Shown piece by piece: positions 26,349-35,891 of a stretch of DNA of 64,000 nt. Made by a program: the position numbers and the translations under genes. The stretch's first letter is position 1; the number at the start of each line of letters is the position of its first letter. The notes under the pieces were generated by a model. The model had not been told where the DNA came from and did not search any database. It saw only the letters and a list, made by a program, of their open reading frames with translations. The stretch comes from Candidatus Woesebacteria bacterium (lineage in GTDB: Bacteria > Patescibacteriota > Microgenomatia > UBA1400 > MFAQ01), in NCBI GenBank assembly GCA_035389185.1, contig DAOORK010000001.1, positions 129,006-193,005 on the forward strand, in the 5' to 3' direction.

Positions 26349-27869
26349 CTATAGGGGTTTGTCTCGCACAATGAGATCTTTGCCGTTCATTTCCGATGGA
26401 AGCGGAATTTGAAGTAGATTGAGAATGGTTGGGGCAATGTCCCCTAGTTTGCCTGGCTGAAGCTGAAAATGGAAATCAGTTGGATGAAATACTATCAGAG
26501 GAACGGGTGAAGTTGAGTGTTGGGTGTTGACTCCGTTAGTGCGGCTAGAGATCAGTTCCTCGGCATTGCCGTGATCGGCAGTGACAAGAAGATAACTATT
26601 TGTTTCTTTGGACAGAGAAACCAGTTGAGCAAGGGCATCGTCTGAGGCTTTGATAGCTTCGATTGTCTTATCTATTTTACCAGTGTGAGCTACCATGTCA
26701 GGACAGGCAATATTGATTACCGATAAGTGATATTTTTCCCCTGTTACTTTTTGACAAAAATCGTTAATTAGTTTATCAGTGGACATTCTGGGCGAAAGGT
26801 CATAAGTGGAGACTTTGGGCGAGTCGACAAAAAGGTGTGATTCACCCGGAAATTCAATCTCATTTTGACCATTAAAATAATATGAAACCATGGCTATTTT
26901 TTCGGTTTCTGCGGCCCGAAGCTGATTGAAGTTGTTTTTGGAGATTACCTCTCCTAAAGTATTGTTTAGTTTGGTGGTAGTAAACATGACCGGATTTTGA
27001 AAGTCTTCGCGATATTTGGTCATAGTTACAAAGCGCAGGTTGGGAATTCCTGAGCCAAGAAACATCTGAGTTAACTGTCTGGGACGATCAGTACGGAAGT
27101 TAAAGAAAACAACGGCGTCTCCGGCTTTTATTCTGGTATTTGGTACATCATCCCCTATGGCAGTTGGTTCAACGAACTCATCAAAAACGTTATTACGATA
27201 ACAGTTCTCAAGATAATTATCTGCGGTGTTCTCGCTTTTGCCTGATTGACCAACTAGGACATCAAATGCTTTTTGGGTGCGATCTAAACGCTGGTCGCGA
27301 TCCATAGCATAGTATCGGCCAATGATAGAAGAGATTTTCCCGACGCCGATTTTATCTATCTGAGTTTGAACAAGTTTGATTTGTTCGGCACCATTTTGAG
27401 GAGGGCTGTCACGGCCATCGGTAATAAGATGCAAAAAAACGTTTTGAATGTTTTGTTTTTTGGCGAAAAGAAGCAGAGCGTAAAGATGTTCATTGTAGGC
27501 ATGAACACCTGAGTTTCCAATCATACCGATAAGATGGAGCCGTGACTGAAAAGTATTAAGGTGTTTTATGGTTTCTAATAGTGCTTTGTTGGTGAAAAAA
27601 CTGCCGTCTGCAATGGCCATGTTGATAAGAGACAGGTCTTGGAAAACTATTCGGCCGGCACCGATATTTAAGTGACCGGTTTCACTGTTGCCATCTTGTC
27701 CTTCTGGCAAGCCAACGGCCGCACCAGATGCTAGAAGCTCTGTGTGAGGATAGTTTTCTAATAGATAGTTAAAGGTTTGTGGATTTGCTTGAGAGATAGC
27801 GTTACCTGACCCGGGTGGAGCAACTCCCCAACCGTCCAGTATGCAAAGAATGACAGAGTGATTATCCAT
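26349..27869 (-). CDS. gpmI: 2,3-bisphosphoglycerate-independent phosphoglycerate mutase
   Basis: iPGM family motifs (ILDGWG near the N-terminus, metal-binding His/Asp blocks); start trimmed to MDNHS, giving an 8-nt overlap with eno. Confidence 0.85.
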   Translation of the reverse strand: MDNHSVILCILDGWGVAPPGSGNAISQANPQTFNYLLENYPHTELLASGAAVGLPEGQDGNSETGHLNIGAGRIVFQDLSLINMAIADGSFFTNKALLETIKHLNTFQSRLHLIGMIGNSGVHAYNEHLYALLLFAKKQNIQNVFLHLITDGRDSPPQNGAEQIKLVQTQIDKIGVGKISSIIGRYYAMDRDQRLDRTQKAFDVLVGQSGKSENTADNYLENCYRNNVFDEFVEPTAIGDDVPNTRIKAGDAVVFFNFRTDRPRQLTQMFLGSGIPNLRFVTMTKYREDFQNPVMFTTTKLNNTLGEVISKNNFNQLRAAETEKIAMVSYYFNGQNEIEFPGESHLFVDSPKVSTYDLSPRMSTDKLINDFCQKVTGEKYHLSVINIACPDMVAHTGKIDKTIEAIKASDDALAQLVSLSKETNSYLLVTADHGNAEELISSRTNGVNTQHSTSPVPLIVFHPTDFHFQLQPGKLGDIAPTILNLLQIPLPSEMNGKDLIVRDKPL

Positions 27870-29130
27870 TGAGACTGGTGAGGTATTCTTGAATGAATAG
27901 TAGTCGGTTATACTTGGCCACACGCTCGCCTCTTCCTGGAGCACCAAACTTGACAAAGTCTGCACCAATTCCTACAGCAAAATCGGCCAGAAAATCTTCA
28001 TCGGTGTCACCTGATCGATGAGAAACGACAATAGTGATGTTGTTCTTTTTGGCAAGTTTGACCACAGAGACTGTTTCGGAAATAGTACCAACCTGATTGG
28101 GTTTGATAATGATGGCATTACATGCATTTTTTTGGATGGATTCCTCGAGGCGTTTTTTGTTGGTAACCAAGAGATCATCACCAACAATCATCATTTGTTT
28201 TCCGATCTGGTTAGTGAGATCTGTCCAGTCTGACCATGAGTCCTGATCAAAAGGATCTTCAACCGAGAGAAGACCGTATTTCTTGTTGAGGTTGATAATA
28301 AAGTCTCGAAATTGCTGACCGGAAATATTGTCTTTAAGGTCGGAAATTTTGTATTTGCCGTTTTTGAATAGACTGGTTGCGGCAATGTCTAGACCAAGGT
28401 AGACGTCTTGATTGAGTTTGTATGGGCTAGCTTCAATTGTTTCGACTAATAACTCGATTGCATCGGTGTTGCTAAATAAGTTGGGAGCGAAACCGCCTTC
28501 ATCGCCAACTGAGTGAATACCTTTTTTCTCGATAAGAAGATTTTTAAGATTGTGATATAAGGTACCGCCAATTTCTAAAGCATCGGAGAATTTTTTTTGA
28601 CTACTGGGAATCACATGGAACTCTTGAAAATCAAGGTTTCCGGCTCCATGTTTTCCTCCGTTGATAAGATTAAAAATGGGTGTCGGCAAGTCGAGGGCGG
28701 TAGGCTTATTTAGACCGTATTTTTCGGCTGTGTATTGGAAAGTAGGCATTCCTGAGCAGGCCGCACCAAGTTCAAAACAAGCTTGAGAGACAGAAAGAAT
28801 GGCATTGGCTCCAAGACGGGATTTATTTTCTGTTCCATCTATGTTTAATAAAATCTGATCAATATTGTTTTGACGGGTTGGGTCTTGACCAATAAGATAT
28901 TTGGCAATTATTTGATTGACATTGGCAACAGCTTTTAGGACTCCTTTACCGTCAAATCGATCAGGATCACCATCTCTTAATTCAAAAGATTCAAGACGTC
29001 CGGTAGAAGCTCCACTGGGAATTGAGGCCACTGATCCGTGTTTGTCATCGGTCCAGATAGTGGTTTCGATGGTAGGATTTCCTCTTGAGTCGAGAATTTC
29101 TCTGGCGTAGACGGATTTAATTTTGGACAT
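27862..29130 (-). CDS. eno: enolase
   Basis: Full-length enolase: N-terminus SKIKSVYAREILDSRGNPT and a SHRSGETED-like block (SHRSGDTDED). Confidence 0.95.
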   Translation of the reverse strand: MSKIKSVYAREILDSRGNPTIETTIWTDDKHGSVASIPSGASTGRLESFELRDGDPDRFDGKGVLKAVANVNQIIAKYLIGQDPTRQNNIDQILLNIDGTENKSRLGANAILSVSQACFELGAACSGMPTFQYTAEKYGLNKPTALDLPTPIFNLINGGKHGAGNLDFQEFHVIPSSQKKFSDALEIGGTLYHNLKNLLIEKKGIHSVGDEGGFAPNLFSNTDAIELLVETIEASPYKLNQDVYLGLDIAATSLFKNGKYKISDLKDNISGQQFRDFIINLNKKYGLLSVEDPFDQDSWSDWTDLTNQIGKQMMIVGDDLLVTNKKRLEESIQKNACNAIIIKPNQVGTISETVSVVKLAKKNNITIVVSHRSGDTDEDFLADFAVGIGADFVKFGAPGRGERVAKYNRLLFIQEYLTSLNG

Positions 29131-29132
29131 TT

Positions 29133-31400
29133 TTATTTAAGTAAGCGTCTTTCAATTTCGGCAACTGTTCTTCGAGTATTATCAACGGCGTCCGGGCTAA
29201 CAGAAACTGAGGTAATTCCCCAGGAAACTAGTTTTTCAACTAGATCCGGATAGAGACTAGCTGCTTGCCCACAAAGTGAACAGGTGATGTGTTTTTTGAC
29301 TGCTGTCTTGACAACATGTTCTAGAGCCCAGAGTACGGCAGGATTTCTTTCATCAAACTCAACAGCCACTGATTCGTTATCCCGATCTGTACCAAGAATA
29401 AGCATGGTGAGATCGTTTGATCCAATAGACACACCGTCGATACCAACATTGATAAAGTCTTCTAGAAGAATCACATTTGAGGGTATCTCGACCATCATCC
29501 ATAGTTTGAAGCTATTGGAACGAGTTAAACCTGCTGCAGAAATAATTCTTTTAACCTTGATCAGTTCGTCAACAGTGCGAACAAAAGGAACCATAAGATG
29601 TAGATTTTTGTAGCCCATTTTGTTGCGGACCATTTTGATGGCTTCCAGTTCGAGATTAAAGACCGTTTCATCTGAGATGTAGCGATAGGCGCCTCTAAAA
29701 CCAAGCATAGGATTGGGTTCTGTGGGTTCGTAATTTTGGCCGCCTATTAGATTACGATACTCGTTTGTTTTGAAGTCGGTAGCTCGATAGATAACCGGTC
29801 TATCGCCAAAACTTTTGGTGAATCGAGCCATGTTTTCGGCCAGTTTTTCGACAAATAATTTGCTTTTGCCGTCGCGAATCATCTTTTTGGGATGAGTACC
29901 AATTTCGGCAATCATAAACTCAGCCCGAAGCAAACCGACACCATCTGAGTTTCCTTGAGCCACAATTGAAGCTAGTTCTGGCTCTCCCAGATTGACATAT
30001 ATTTTGGTGGCTGTTTTGGGAAACTCGAGTTCTTTGAAGTCTTTTACTTCAACTGTTTTACCTTTTTCCGGTACACCATTGTAAATAGCACCAGTAGAGC
30101 CATTGACGGTAACGATTTGATCCTCTTTGAGTATTTTGGAAGCATTTTTTGTACCAACAACTGCCGGAACACCCAACTCTCGGCTAACAATGGCGGCATG
30201 AGAGGTTTGCCCACCCTTGTCAGTGATAATGGCAGCCGCACGTTTCATGGCAGGGACAAAGTCGGGAGCGGTCATCTCGGTTACCAGCACATCTCCGACT
30301 TTTATTTTGTCGATTTCCTTGGCGGACTTAATCTTAACTACTTTTCCAAAGCCAATACCAAAAGAGGCGGGTTCTCCTTGAACGATTTGAGTAAGGTTTT
30401 TGAGCTGGGACTCGGAAATTACTCTCTTTCCTTTGGAAAGATCTAGAGTGGTAATGGGCCTGGTTTGAACCAAGTAGACTTTTCCGTTTTCGACAGCGAA
30501 TTCGGAGTCTTGGGGAAAGAAATAATGTTGATGCACTTTGATCGACAGCTGAGCAACCTCGATTATCTGTTCGTCGGTTAACTTAGGTAGATTAATTTTC
30601 TTTTCGGGAACTTTGACTTTTTTCACCCCGCTTGGATAATCGTAGACTTCCATAACGGTTTGGGGAACATTGTTTCGGGAGTGAATTCGAAGGGTATCTT
30701 TGTTGACGATATAGTGATCAGGATTTACGACTCCTTGAACCATGTAATCTCCCAGACCCCATACTGTTTCAACCACAACTTGGTTTTTGTTTTTACTTAC
30801 AGGGTTAACCGAAAAGGCAACTCCGGATACTTCGGACTGAACCATTAGCTGAACTGGAATGGCAAGGTAAACCTTAAAATGATCAAAGCCTTTGGTAACG
30901 CGATAAAAAATGGCTCTAGCTTCCCAAAGAGATGCCCAGGCACTACGAACAGCCTGAATAAGATTTGATTCCCCTTTGATGTTGAGGTATGACTCTTGCT
31001 GGCCGGCAAAAGATGCGTCAGGAAGGTCTTCGGCCGTAGCAGAGGAACGAACAGCTACAAGAGGATTCTTGTCTCCGGATTTGAGATTAGAGTAGTGATG
31101 GAATATTTCATTGACTAACTCTTGGGGAATATCGGCGGTATTGAGAAGACGCTGGATCTTTACGGAGGCTCTCTCAAGTTCTTTCTGATTGGTAACTTCA
31201 GTTTGACGGATTATTTCTCGGATAACAGGTTGAAGCGCGTTGTGATCAATGACTTTTCGGTAAGCGTCGGCAGTGACAACAAACCCATTTGGAACTGGCA
31301 AACCCATGTGATACATCTCTCCCAAGTTAGCTCCTTTGCCTCCTACAAGAGCAATATCTTCTTTTCTGATTTTGGAAAATGGTAATACCAGGGCAGGCAT
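29133..31400 (-). CDS. ppsA: phosphoenolpyruvate synthase (pyruvate, water dikinase)
   Basis: N-terminal ATP-grasp (GGKGANLGEM), central phospho-His domain (GGQTSHAAIVSRELGVPAVVG), C-terminal PEP-utilising TIM barrel; 755 aa fits PpsA rather than PPDK. Confidence 0.75.
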   Translation of the reverse strand: MPALVLPFSKIRKEDIALVGGKGANLGEMYHMGLPVPNGFVVTADAYRKVIDHNALQPVIREIIRQTEVTNQKELERASVKIQRLLNTADIPQELVNEIFHHYSNLKSGDKNPLVAVRSSATAEDLPDASFAGQQESYLNIKGESNLIQAVRSAWASLWEARAIFYRVTKGFDHFKVYLAIPVQLMVQSEVSGVAFSVNPVSKNKNQVVVETVWGLGDYMVQGVVNPDHYIVNKDTLRIHSRNNVPQTVMEVYDYPSGVKKVKVPEKKINLPKLTDEQIIEVAQLSIKVHQHYFFPQDSEFAVENGKVYLVQTRPITTLDLSKGKRVISESQLKNLTQIVQGEPASFGIGFGKVVKIKSAKEIDKIKVGDVLVTEMTAPDFVPAMKRAAAIITDKGGQTSHAAIVSRELGVPAVVGTKNASKILKEDQIVTVNGSTGAIYNGVPEKGKTVEVKDFKELEFPKTATKIYVNLGEPELASIVAQGNSDGVGLLRAEFMIAEIGTHPKKMIRDGKSKLFVEKLAENMARFTKSFGDRPVIYRATDFKTNEYRNLIGGQNYEPTEPNPMLGFRGAYRYISDETVFNLELEAIKMVRNKMGYKNLHLMVPFVRTVDELIKVKRIISAAGLTRSNSFKLWMMVEIPSNVILLEDFINVGIDGVSIGSNDLTMLILGTDRDNESVAVEFDERNPAVLWALEHVVKTAVKKHITCSLCGQAASLYPDLVEKLVSWGITSVSVSPDAVDNTRRTVAEIERRLLK

Positions 31401-31405
31401 TTTGA

Positions 31406-32497
31406 TTAAATTAATTGTTTTTTAAAAAGATCCACCCAAGGATTGGTTCCAGGATCTTGCTTATTGACGATACTTAAATAATAGCTAAACATAACCAAAA
31501 AGACCAGCGATTCAAATACTTGAGAAATAATATCGACGGACTCAGGCTTGATTACCGTAAGTTGGTATTTTTGTTTGAGAAGAATCTCTTTGGTTAATTT
31601 TAGTCTTTTTTGAATTATCTCGGGATAAAGAGAGGAATCTAGCAAAATAAAACGCGTGTTGTCTTTTAGAGATGTGGGAAAGGTAAAGCCTTCCATTAGG
31701 TGATGATTTAGGTCGGGAAGGGAAAACCAAGTGCTAAATGTTTTTGAGGTTTCATTAAGAAAGTTTGAGGCCGTTTTGGCGACGCCATTGAGATGATTAG
31801 CGGAAAAAATAATGACTGACTGACCTTTATTTTTTAGGGCCAGTGATTTTGCGGGATTAATGGTGCTGGCAATTTCCAGTTTTTGACTGTCCAGACATCT
31901 TTCGATTGTTCTTTCAATGTCTTTGGTATCGATGTGACGGAAAGATTCTGGATTAAGACGAACCAGTAATCCAAGAAGACCGCCAAGCATAAGACCTAGT
32001 CCGAATCTGGGGACACGTGAGTGATTTAGTTTTTCGTCGAGTAGAAGAAGTGGTAGATGTTCTTTGATGGCAAAGTCCTTGAGTTTTCCACCTGTGGTGA
32101 TAACCACTGCGGGAGACTGTCTTTGCTTGACATCTTGGGCACAGGATAGTGTTTCTTCGGTATTACCGGAGTAACTAACCAAAATAACAAGAGTTTTTTT
32201 GTTTACAAAGGACGGTAAGCGATAGTTTGCAATGATTTCAAATGGAATCTTAAGTAGGAATGGAGACAATGACTGGGCGATGTGGGCGGCAAGATTGGAG
32301 CCTCCCATACCGGCAACGACAATATTCTCGATCTTTTCCGGTCCAAAATTGAGATTAACAAACTGCGAGTCATGCCAGGCAGACTCGAATTGTTGGGCAA
32401 GATTCGACAATGACTTATTTACTCCCAAGGAGTCATACTGTGCGAAAGATTTCTGATTATCAAGTAGACTTTTCATGCGGATAGTTAAGTATAGCAA
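31406..32497 (-). CDS. SIS-domain sugar phosphate isomerase (bifunctional phosphoglucose/phosphomannose isomerase family?)
   Basis: SIS motif VVAGMGGSNLAAHIAQ and a second SIS-like half; true start may be MKSLL, 7 codons in. Confidence 0.5.
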   Translation of the reverse strand: MLYLTIRMKSLLDNQKSFAQYDSLGVNKSLSNLAQQFESAWHDSQFVNLNFGPEKIENIVVAGMGGSNLAAHIAQSLSPFLLKIPFEIIANYRLPSFVNKKTLVILVSYSGNTEETLSCAQDVKQRQSPAVVITTGGKLKDFAIKEHLPLLLLDEKLNHSRVPRFGLGLMLGGLLGLLVRLNPESFRHIDTKDIERTIERCLDSQKLEIASTINPAKSLALKNKGQSVIIFSANHLNGVAKTASNFLNETSKTFSTWFSLPDLNHHLMEGFTFPTSLKDNTRFILLDSSLYPEIIQKRLKLTKEILLKQKYQLTVIKPESVDIISQVFESLVFLVMFSYYLSIVNKQDPGTNPWVDLFKKQLI

Positions 32498-32500
32498 GAA

Positions 32501-33907
32501 TCAGGAAAGTGCCGATGTGTTTGAACCTGAGTCCATGTCGATTTCGGGAAACTTCTTAAACATGGAGGCAATCTCTTGTTTGAGTTTGTCATAACCTTCT
32601 TGTGTTTTACTCTCGAATTTGGTGGTCAGATATGGCCCGTTTTGTGAGGCGCGAACGACAACCATTGAGTCATCGGTGTCGATACGAACTCCATCAATTT
32701 CATCCACCTGTCCGTTGGGGACAATTTTTAGCAATTCATTTTTGATCGGCCCGGAGATGAATTGGAATTTGATATCGTCGGCTAGACCGAACTTAATTTC
32801 CGGACTGCTAATGTATTTGGGAAGCTTGTTGACAGCTTCATGAAGAGTAATACCGATTCTTTCCAGATAGCTCAAAAGGCGCATTGAAGCATAAGCGGCA
32901 TCATCGTGGCCATAAAAATTGTCCATAAAGAAAATGTGACCGGAGAGTTCTCCCCCAAAAGGTGAACGTGAGGCTTTGATTTTTTCTTTTACAAAAGAGT
33001 GACCGGTACGAGAGATTGTGGGTATACCTCCGTGAGAGGCAATCGTTTCGGAAACAACTTTGGAACAAAGATTGTTGTAAACAATTGGGGCACCGGGAAT
33101 AAAATCAAGAACATCCTGAGCAAAAAGAGCAACAATCGTATCCATCCATAGAACCTGTCCTTCGTCATCAACAACGGCGATACGATCACCGTCTGCATCG
33201 TAGGCAAAACCAATATCTGCTTTTTCTTTGAGGACTGTTTTAGCCAGCCTTTCCAGAACTTCCGACTCGGTTGGATCAGGGTTACCCAAAGGATAGTTTC
33301 CGTCCGGAGTACAGTTCTGTTCGATTACTTCACAACCTGCTTTTCTTAATATTTTGGGGTAAAAAATACCCGATCCGGTGTTACAACCTTCGATCACCAC
33401 TTTCCACTTTTTTTCCAAGTGAAAATATTTGGTAATTTCTTCAAGATAGGGTTCGAAAATATCCTTGGCAATGTTTTTTCCTTGACCTTCACTAAACTTA
33501 CCGGATTCGACAAGGCGACGAAGTTCTTGAATTTCTTCAGTAACCATAGTGTCGGAGTAACCGACTGAAAGTTTAAGACCGTTGTACTCTTTGGGGTTGT
33601 GAGAGGCGGTTATCATGGCCCCTCCTTTTGTAAGGAAGACATAGGAGCTGAAATAAACTATCTGACTCATGGTGAGACCAAGATCAATAGTGTCTATTCC
33701 ACCGTCGTTTAGACCTTTGATAAAGGAAGATTTGAATTCTTCACTGGTAAGACGGTTGTCACAACCTACTGGACAGAGTTTGATTCTTCTTTGGGCAAGG
33801 AAGGTGGCATATCCCCTACCCAACTGATAATAAACGTCGGATGAGAGATCGACTCCGGCAACTCCTCGTAAATCATAACCTCGGTAAATCACAGGGTTTA
33901 TTTGCAT
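32501..33907 (-). CDS. phosphoglucomutase/phosphomannomutase (alpha-D-phosphohexomutase)
   Basis: Active-site TASHNPKEYNG, Mg-binding YDADGDR, sugar-binding GGELSGH. Confidence 0.8.
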   Translation of the reverse strand: MQINPVIYRGYDLRGVAGVDLSSDVYYQLGRGYATFLAQRRIKLCPVGCDNRLTSEEFKSSFIKGLNDGGIDTIDLGLTMSQIVYFSSYVFLTKGGAMITASHNPKEYNGLKLSVGYSDTMVTEEIQELRRLVESGKFSEGQGKNIAKDIFEPYLEEITKYFHLEKKWKVVIEGCNTGSGIFYPKILRKAGCEVIEQNCTPDGNYPLGNPDPTESEVLERLAKTVLKEKADIGFAYDADGDRIAVVDDEGQVLWMDTIVALFAQDVLDFIPGAPIVYNNLCSKVVSETIASHGGIPTISRTGHSFVKEKIKASRSPFGGELSGHIFFMDNFYGHDDAAYASMRLLSYLERIGITLHEAVNKLPKYISSPEIKFGLADDIKFQFISGPIKNELLKIVPNGQVDEIDGVRIDTDDSMVVVRASQNGPYLTTKFESKTQEGYDKLKQEIASMFKKFPEIDMDSGSNTSALS

Positions 33908-33935
33908 ATATTGAGTATAACAATTTGGCAGATCG

Positions 33936-34184
33936 GTGAATTTGGTTTATGATTTTATGGATATGTCAAAACAAACAAGTCTAAAGATAATTGGTGGAAT
34001 ATCAATTATCGGAGTTCTTTTTTCCGGTTTTTTGTCCTATCGAGAGCTGTTTCTTGGTAGCTGCGACCTGAGTTTTGTTAGCTGCGGTGCAAGTGTAGCC
34101 GGACTCCCTGCATGTGTTTACGGGCTGGTGATGTACACGGGAGTGTTGATTGTCAGCCTAATTGGTTTGAAGGCGAAAAAATAG
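33936..34184 (+). CDS. hypothetical small membrane protein with a Cys cluster
   Basis: 82 aa, two TM helices, CDLSFVSCGASVAGLPAC. Confidence 0.4.
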   Translation: MNLVYDFMDMSKQTSLKIIGGISIIGVLFSGFLSYRELFLGSCDLSFVSCGASVAGLPACVYGLVMYTGVLIVSLIGLKAKK

Positions 34185-34187
34185 TGC

Positions 34188-34213
34188 AAAAAAACACCCT
34201 CTTACGAGGGTGT
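34188..34213 (-). terminator. rho-independent terminator for the minus-strand gene (also bidirectional)
   Basis: A7 run then caccctc-ttacg-agggtg hairpin. Confidence 0.55.
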
Positions 34214-34219
34214 GGTAAA

Positions 34220-35563
34220 TCATTTTTCTACCAAAGTCATCTTGTCGGCAATGTCAGCAATTCTCACACTATATTCCTGACCGTCGATTTTGATACCAAC
34301 CATGGCATCGGCGAACGCAGCCTTCATTCGATCAATCAATTCACTGGATTTAGTCTCAATGGTGTCAGCTAGACCAATTTCATATTTGGCATGGGCGAGA
34401 GCTGTTGGATCACCAGAAGCTTTAGCCGGATTATCTGAAATTTTGACAGTCCAGACACGACGTCCATCGGGAAGATATACAGCAATCTGCTTGATGACGA
34501 TTTGCAGAGGTTCAACTCCGACAATGTCATTACTCAGATTTGTACCGATACCAAAGGCACACTTGATTTTGCCTTTGCAGTAGGCGACGATTTCTTCAAC
34601 AAGGCTTACGTTAAGACTATCGGAGAAGAGAATTGTCTTGGAGAGTGGGTCGATAGCCAGAAACTTGTAATGAGCCACAATTTTGTCGGTGTACACCTTG
34701 TACTCTTCCGAGTCGTTGCGAACTCCGTCATAAAGCATGGCGGTATGACGATCAAAACACTTGAGAAAATCATTGGTGGTGAATGTGTCGGTTAAGGCAA
34801 TGCCCAGACGAGTATCAAAGACTTCTATCCAGGTTTCAAGAGCTTTCTTGTTTGCCATACGAATGCCGAGAAGACCCATCCATGTCTGGTACCACTTATG
34901 GGCATTAGTACCCATAGGATTGATATCAAAGTCCATACACAGCTGGACGTTGCTAGCACCATTGAGTACGCCACCTTCACTGGTAAGTCTTGCGGATTCA
35001 ATAAGGGCCCGGAGAACACACTTCTCCACTTCGTAAGAAAATCGTCTGCGAGCACCAAATTCGGAAAAGTAAGCACTAGCTTTTCTTAGACGGAGGCCTT
35101 TTTCCTTGGCTCGAAGAATGTAGTTGGGGTCTGGCTCTTGGCCCGTCATCTTGTAGTAGAGTTCCGAAATTAGTGCCATGATTGGAGTTTCCCAGTAGAC
35201 TGTACGACAGAATCGTCCTTTGATGCGAACCTCAAGACGTTTGTTGTGCTGGGTTACTTCAACTTCATGCGGATCAAACTGATACGTATGTAACCAGGCG
35301 ATGTATTCCTCAGTGAGATAGTGACCACATCTCCGTCTTAAAAATGCTGCTTGATCTTCCGACAAACTCAGATTGGCCATGAGGTTAATTTGAGCCCTGA
35401 GTTCTTCGGCAAATCCTTCAGGAAATGCGATATCTTTGCGGATTATCAGCTTGTCTTCGGTAATGACTTTGGGGATTTTAATGAGGGCGGCCATCCCCAT
35501 GGTAAAGCCATAGAGATCATTATCAAGTAGCGAGTTAATGATCTGGGGATATTTATTTCCCAT
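34220..35563 (-). CDS. nicotinate phosphoribosyltransferase family protein
   Basis: NAPRTase-like blocks EFGARRRFS (compare DFGTRRR) and AFGIGTNL; about 447 aa. Confidence 0.65.
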   Translation of the reverse strand: MGNKYPQIINSLLDNDLYGFTMGMAALIKIPKVITEDKLIIRKDIAFPEGFAEELRAQINLMANLSLSEDQAAFLRRRCGHYLTEEYIAWLHTYQFDPHEVEVTQHNKRLEVRIKGRFCRTVYWETPIMALISELYYKMTGQEPDPNYILRAKEKGLRLRKASAYFSEFGARRRFSYEVEKCVLRALIESARLTSEGGVLNGASNVQLCMDFDINPMGTNAHKWYQTWMGLLGIRMANKKALETWIEVFDTRLGIALTDTFTTNDFLKCFDRHTAMLYDGVRNDSEEYKVYTDKIVAHYKFLAIDPLSKTILFSDSLNVSLVEEIVAYCKGKIKCAFGIGTNLSNDIVGVEPLQIVIKQIAVYLPDGRRVWTVKISDNPAKASGDPTALAHAKYEIGLADTIETKSSELIDRMKAAFADAMVGIKIDGQEYSVRIADIADKMTLVEK

Positions 35564-35617
35564 ACTTCCTCCTTTTTAGAGTGCGAAAAGAATAGATTAC
35601 GGCCTATATTGTATCTC

Positions 35618-35646
35618 TTGATGATCTATTAATCAAGCGTTATAAT
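35618..35646 (+). promoter_or_regulatory. sigma70-like promoter (TTGATG, 17 bp spacer, TATAAT)
   Basis: Canonical spacing and -10 hexamer about 30 nt upstream of the small ORF at 35677. Confidence 0.4.
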
Positions 35647-35676
35647 CTGAAAGTACAATTTTTAAGGAGGTAGACA

Positions 35677-35856
35677 GTGAACGCAATTACGGACATTTAT
35701 AAATGGCAAAGAGGTTTCGTGTTCAAATCATTCCTAAAGGGAATGAGATCCAAGAAACTCGGTAGCCAACCTGCTCCTTGGATGATCAAGGGTCTTCAGG
35801 CAATTGAGTCCGGCAAGTTTTTGACCGTTGACATGATTAAACTGTATAACAGCTAA
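35677..35856 (+). CDS. hypothetical small protein (59 aa) not in the ORF track
   Basis: GTG start 7 nt after AAGGAGG; a terminator hairpin immediately downstream. Confidence 0.35.
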   Translation: MNAITDIYKWQRGFVFKSFLKGMRSKKLGSQPAPWMIKGLQAIESGKFLTVDMIKLYNS

Positions 35857-35863
35857 ACAAAAA

Positions 35864-35889
35864 CCCTCCATTTAGGAGGGTATTTTTTT
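35864..35889. terminator. bidirectional terminator
   Basis: ccctcc-attta-ggaggg hairpin then T8. Confidence 0.6.
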
Positions 35890-35891
35890 TA

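Noticed and set aside
34290-35089. Several 60-97 aa ORFs on both strands inside the nicotinate phosphoribosyltransferase gene
   Set aside because: They are nested in a confidently called 447-aa gene. No RBS and no motifs.
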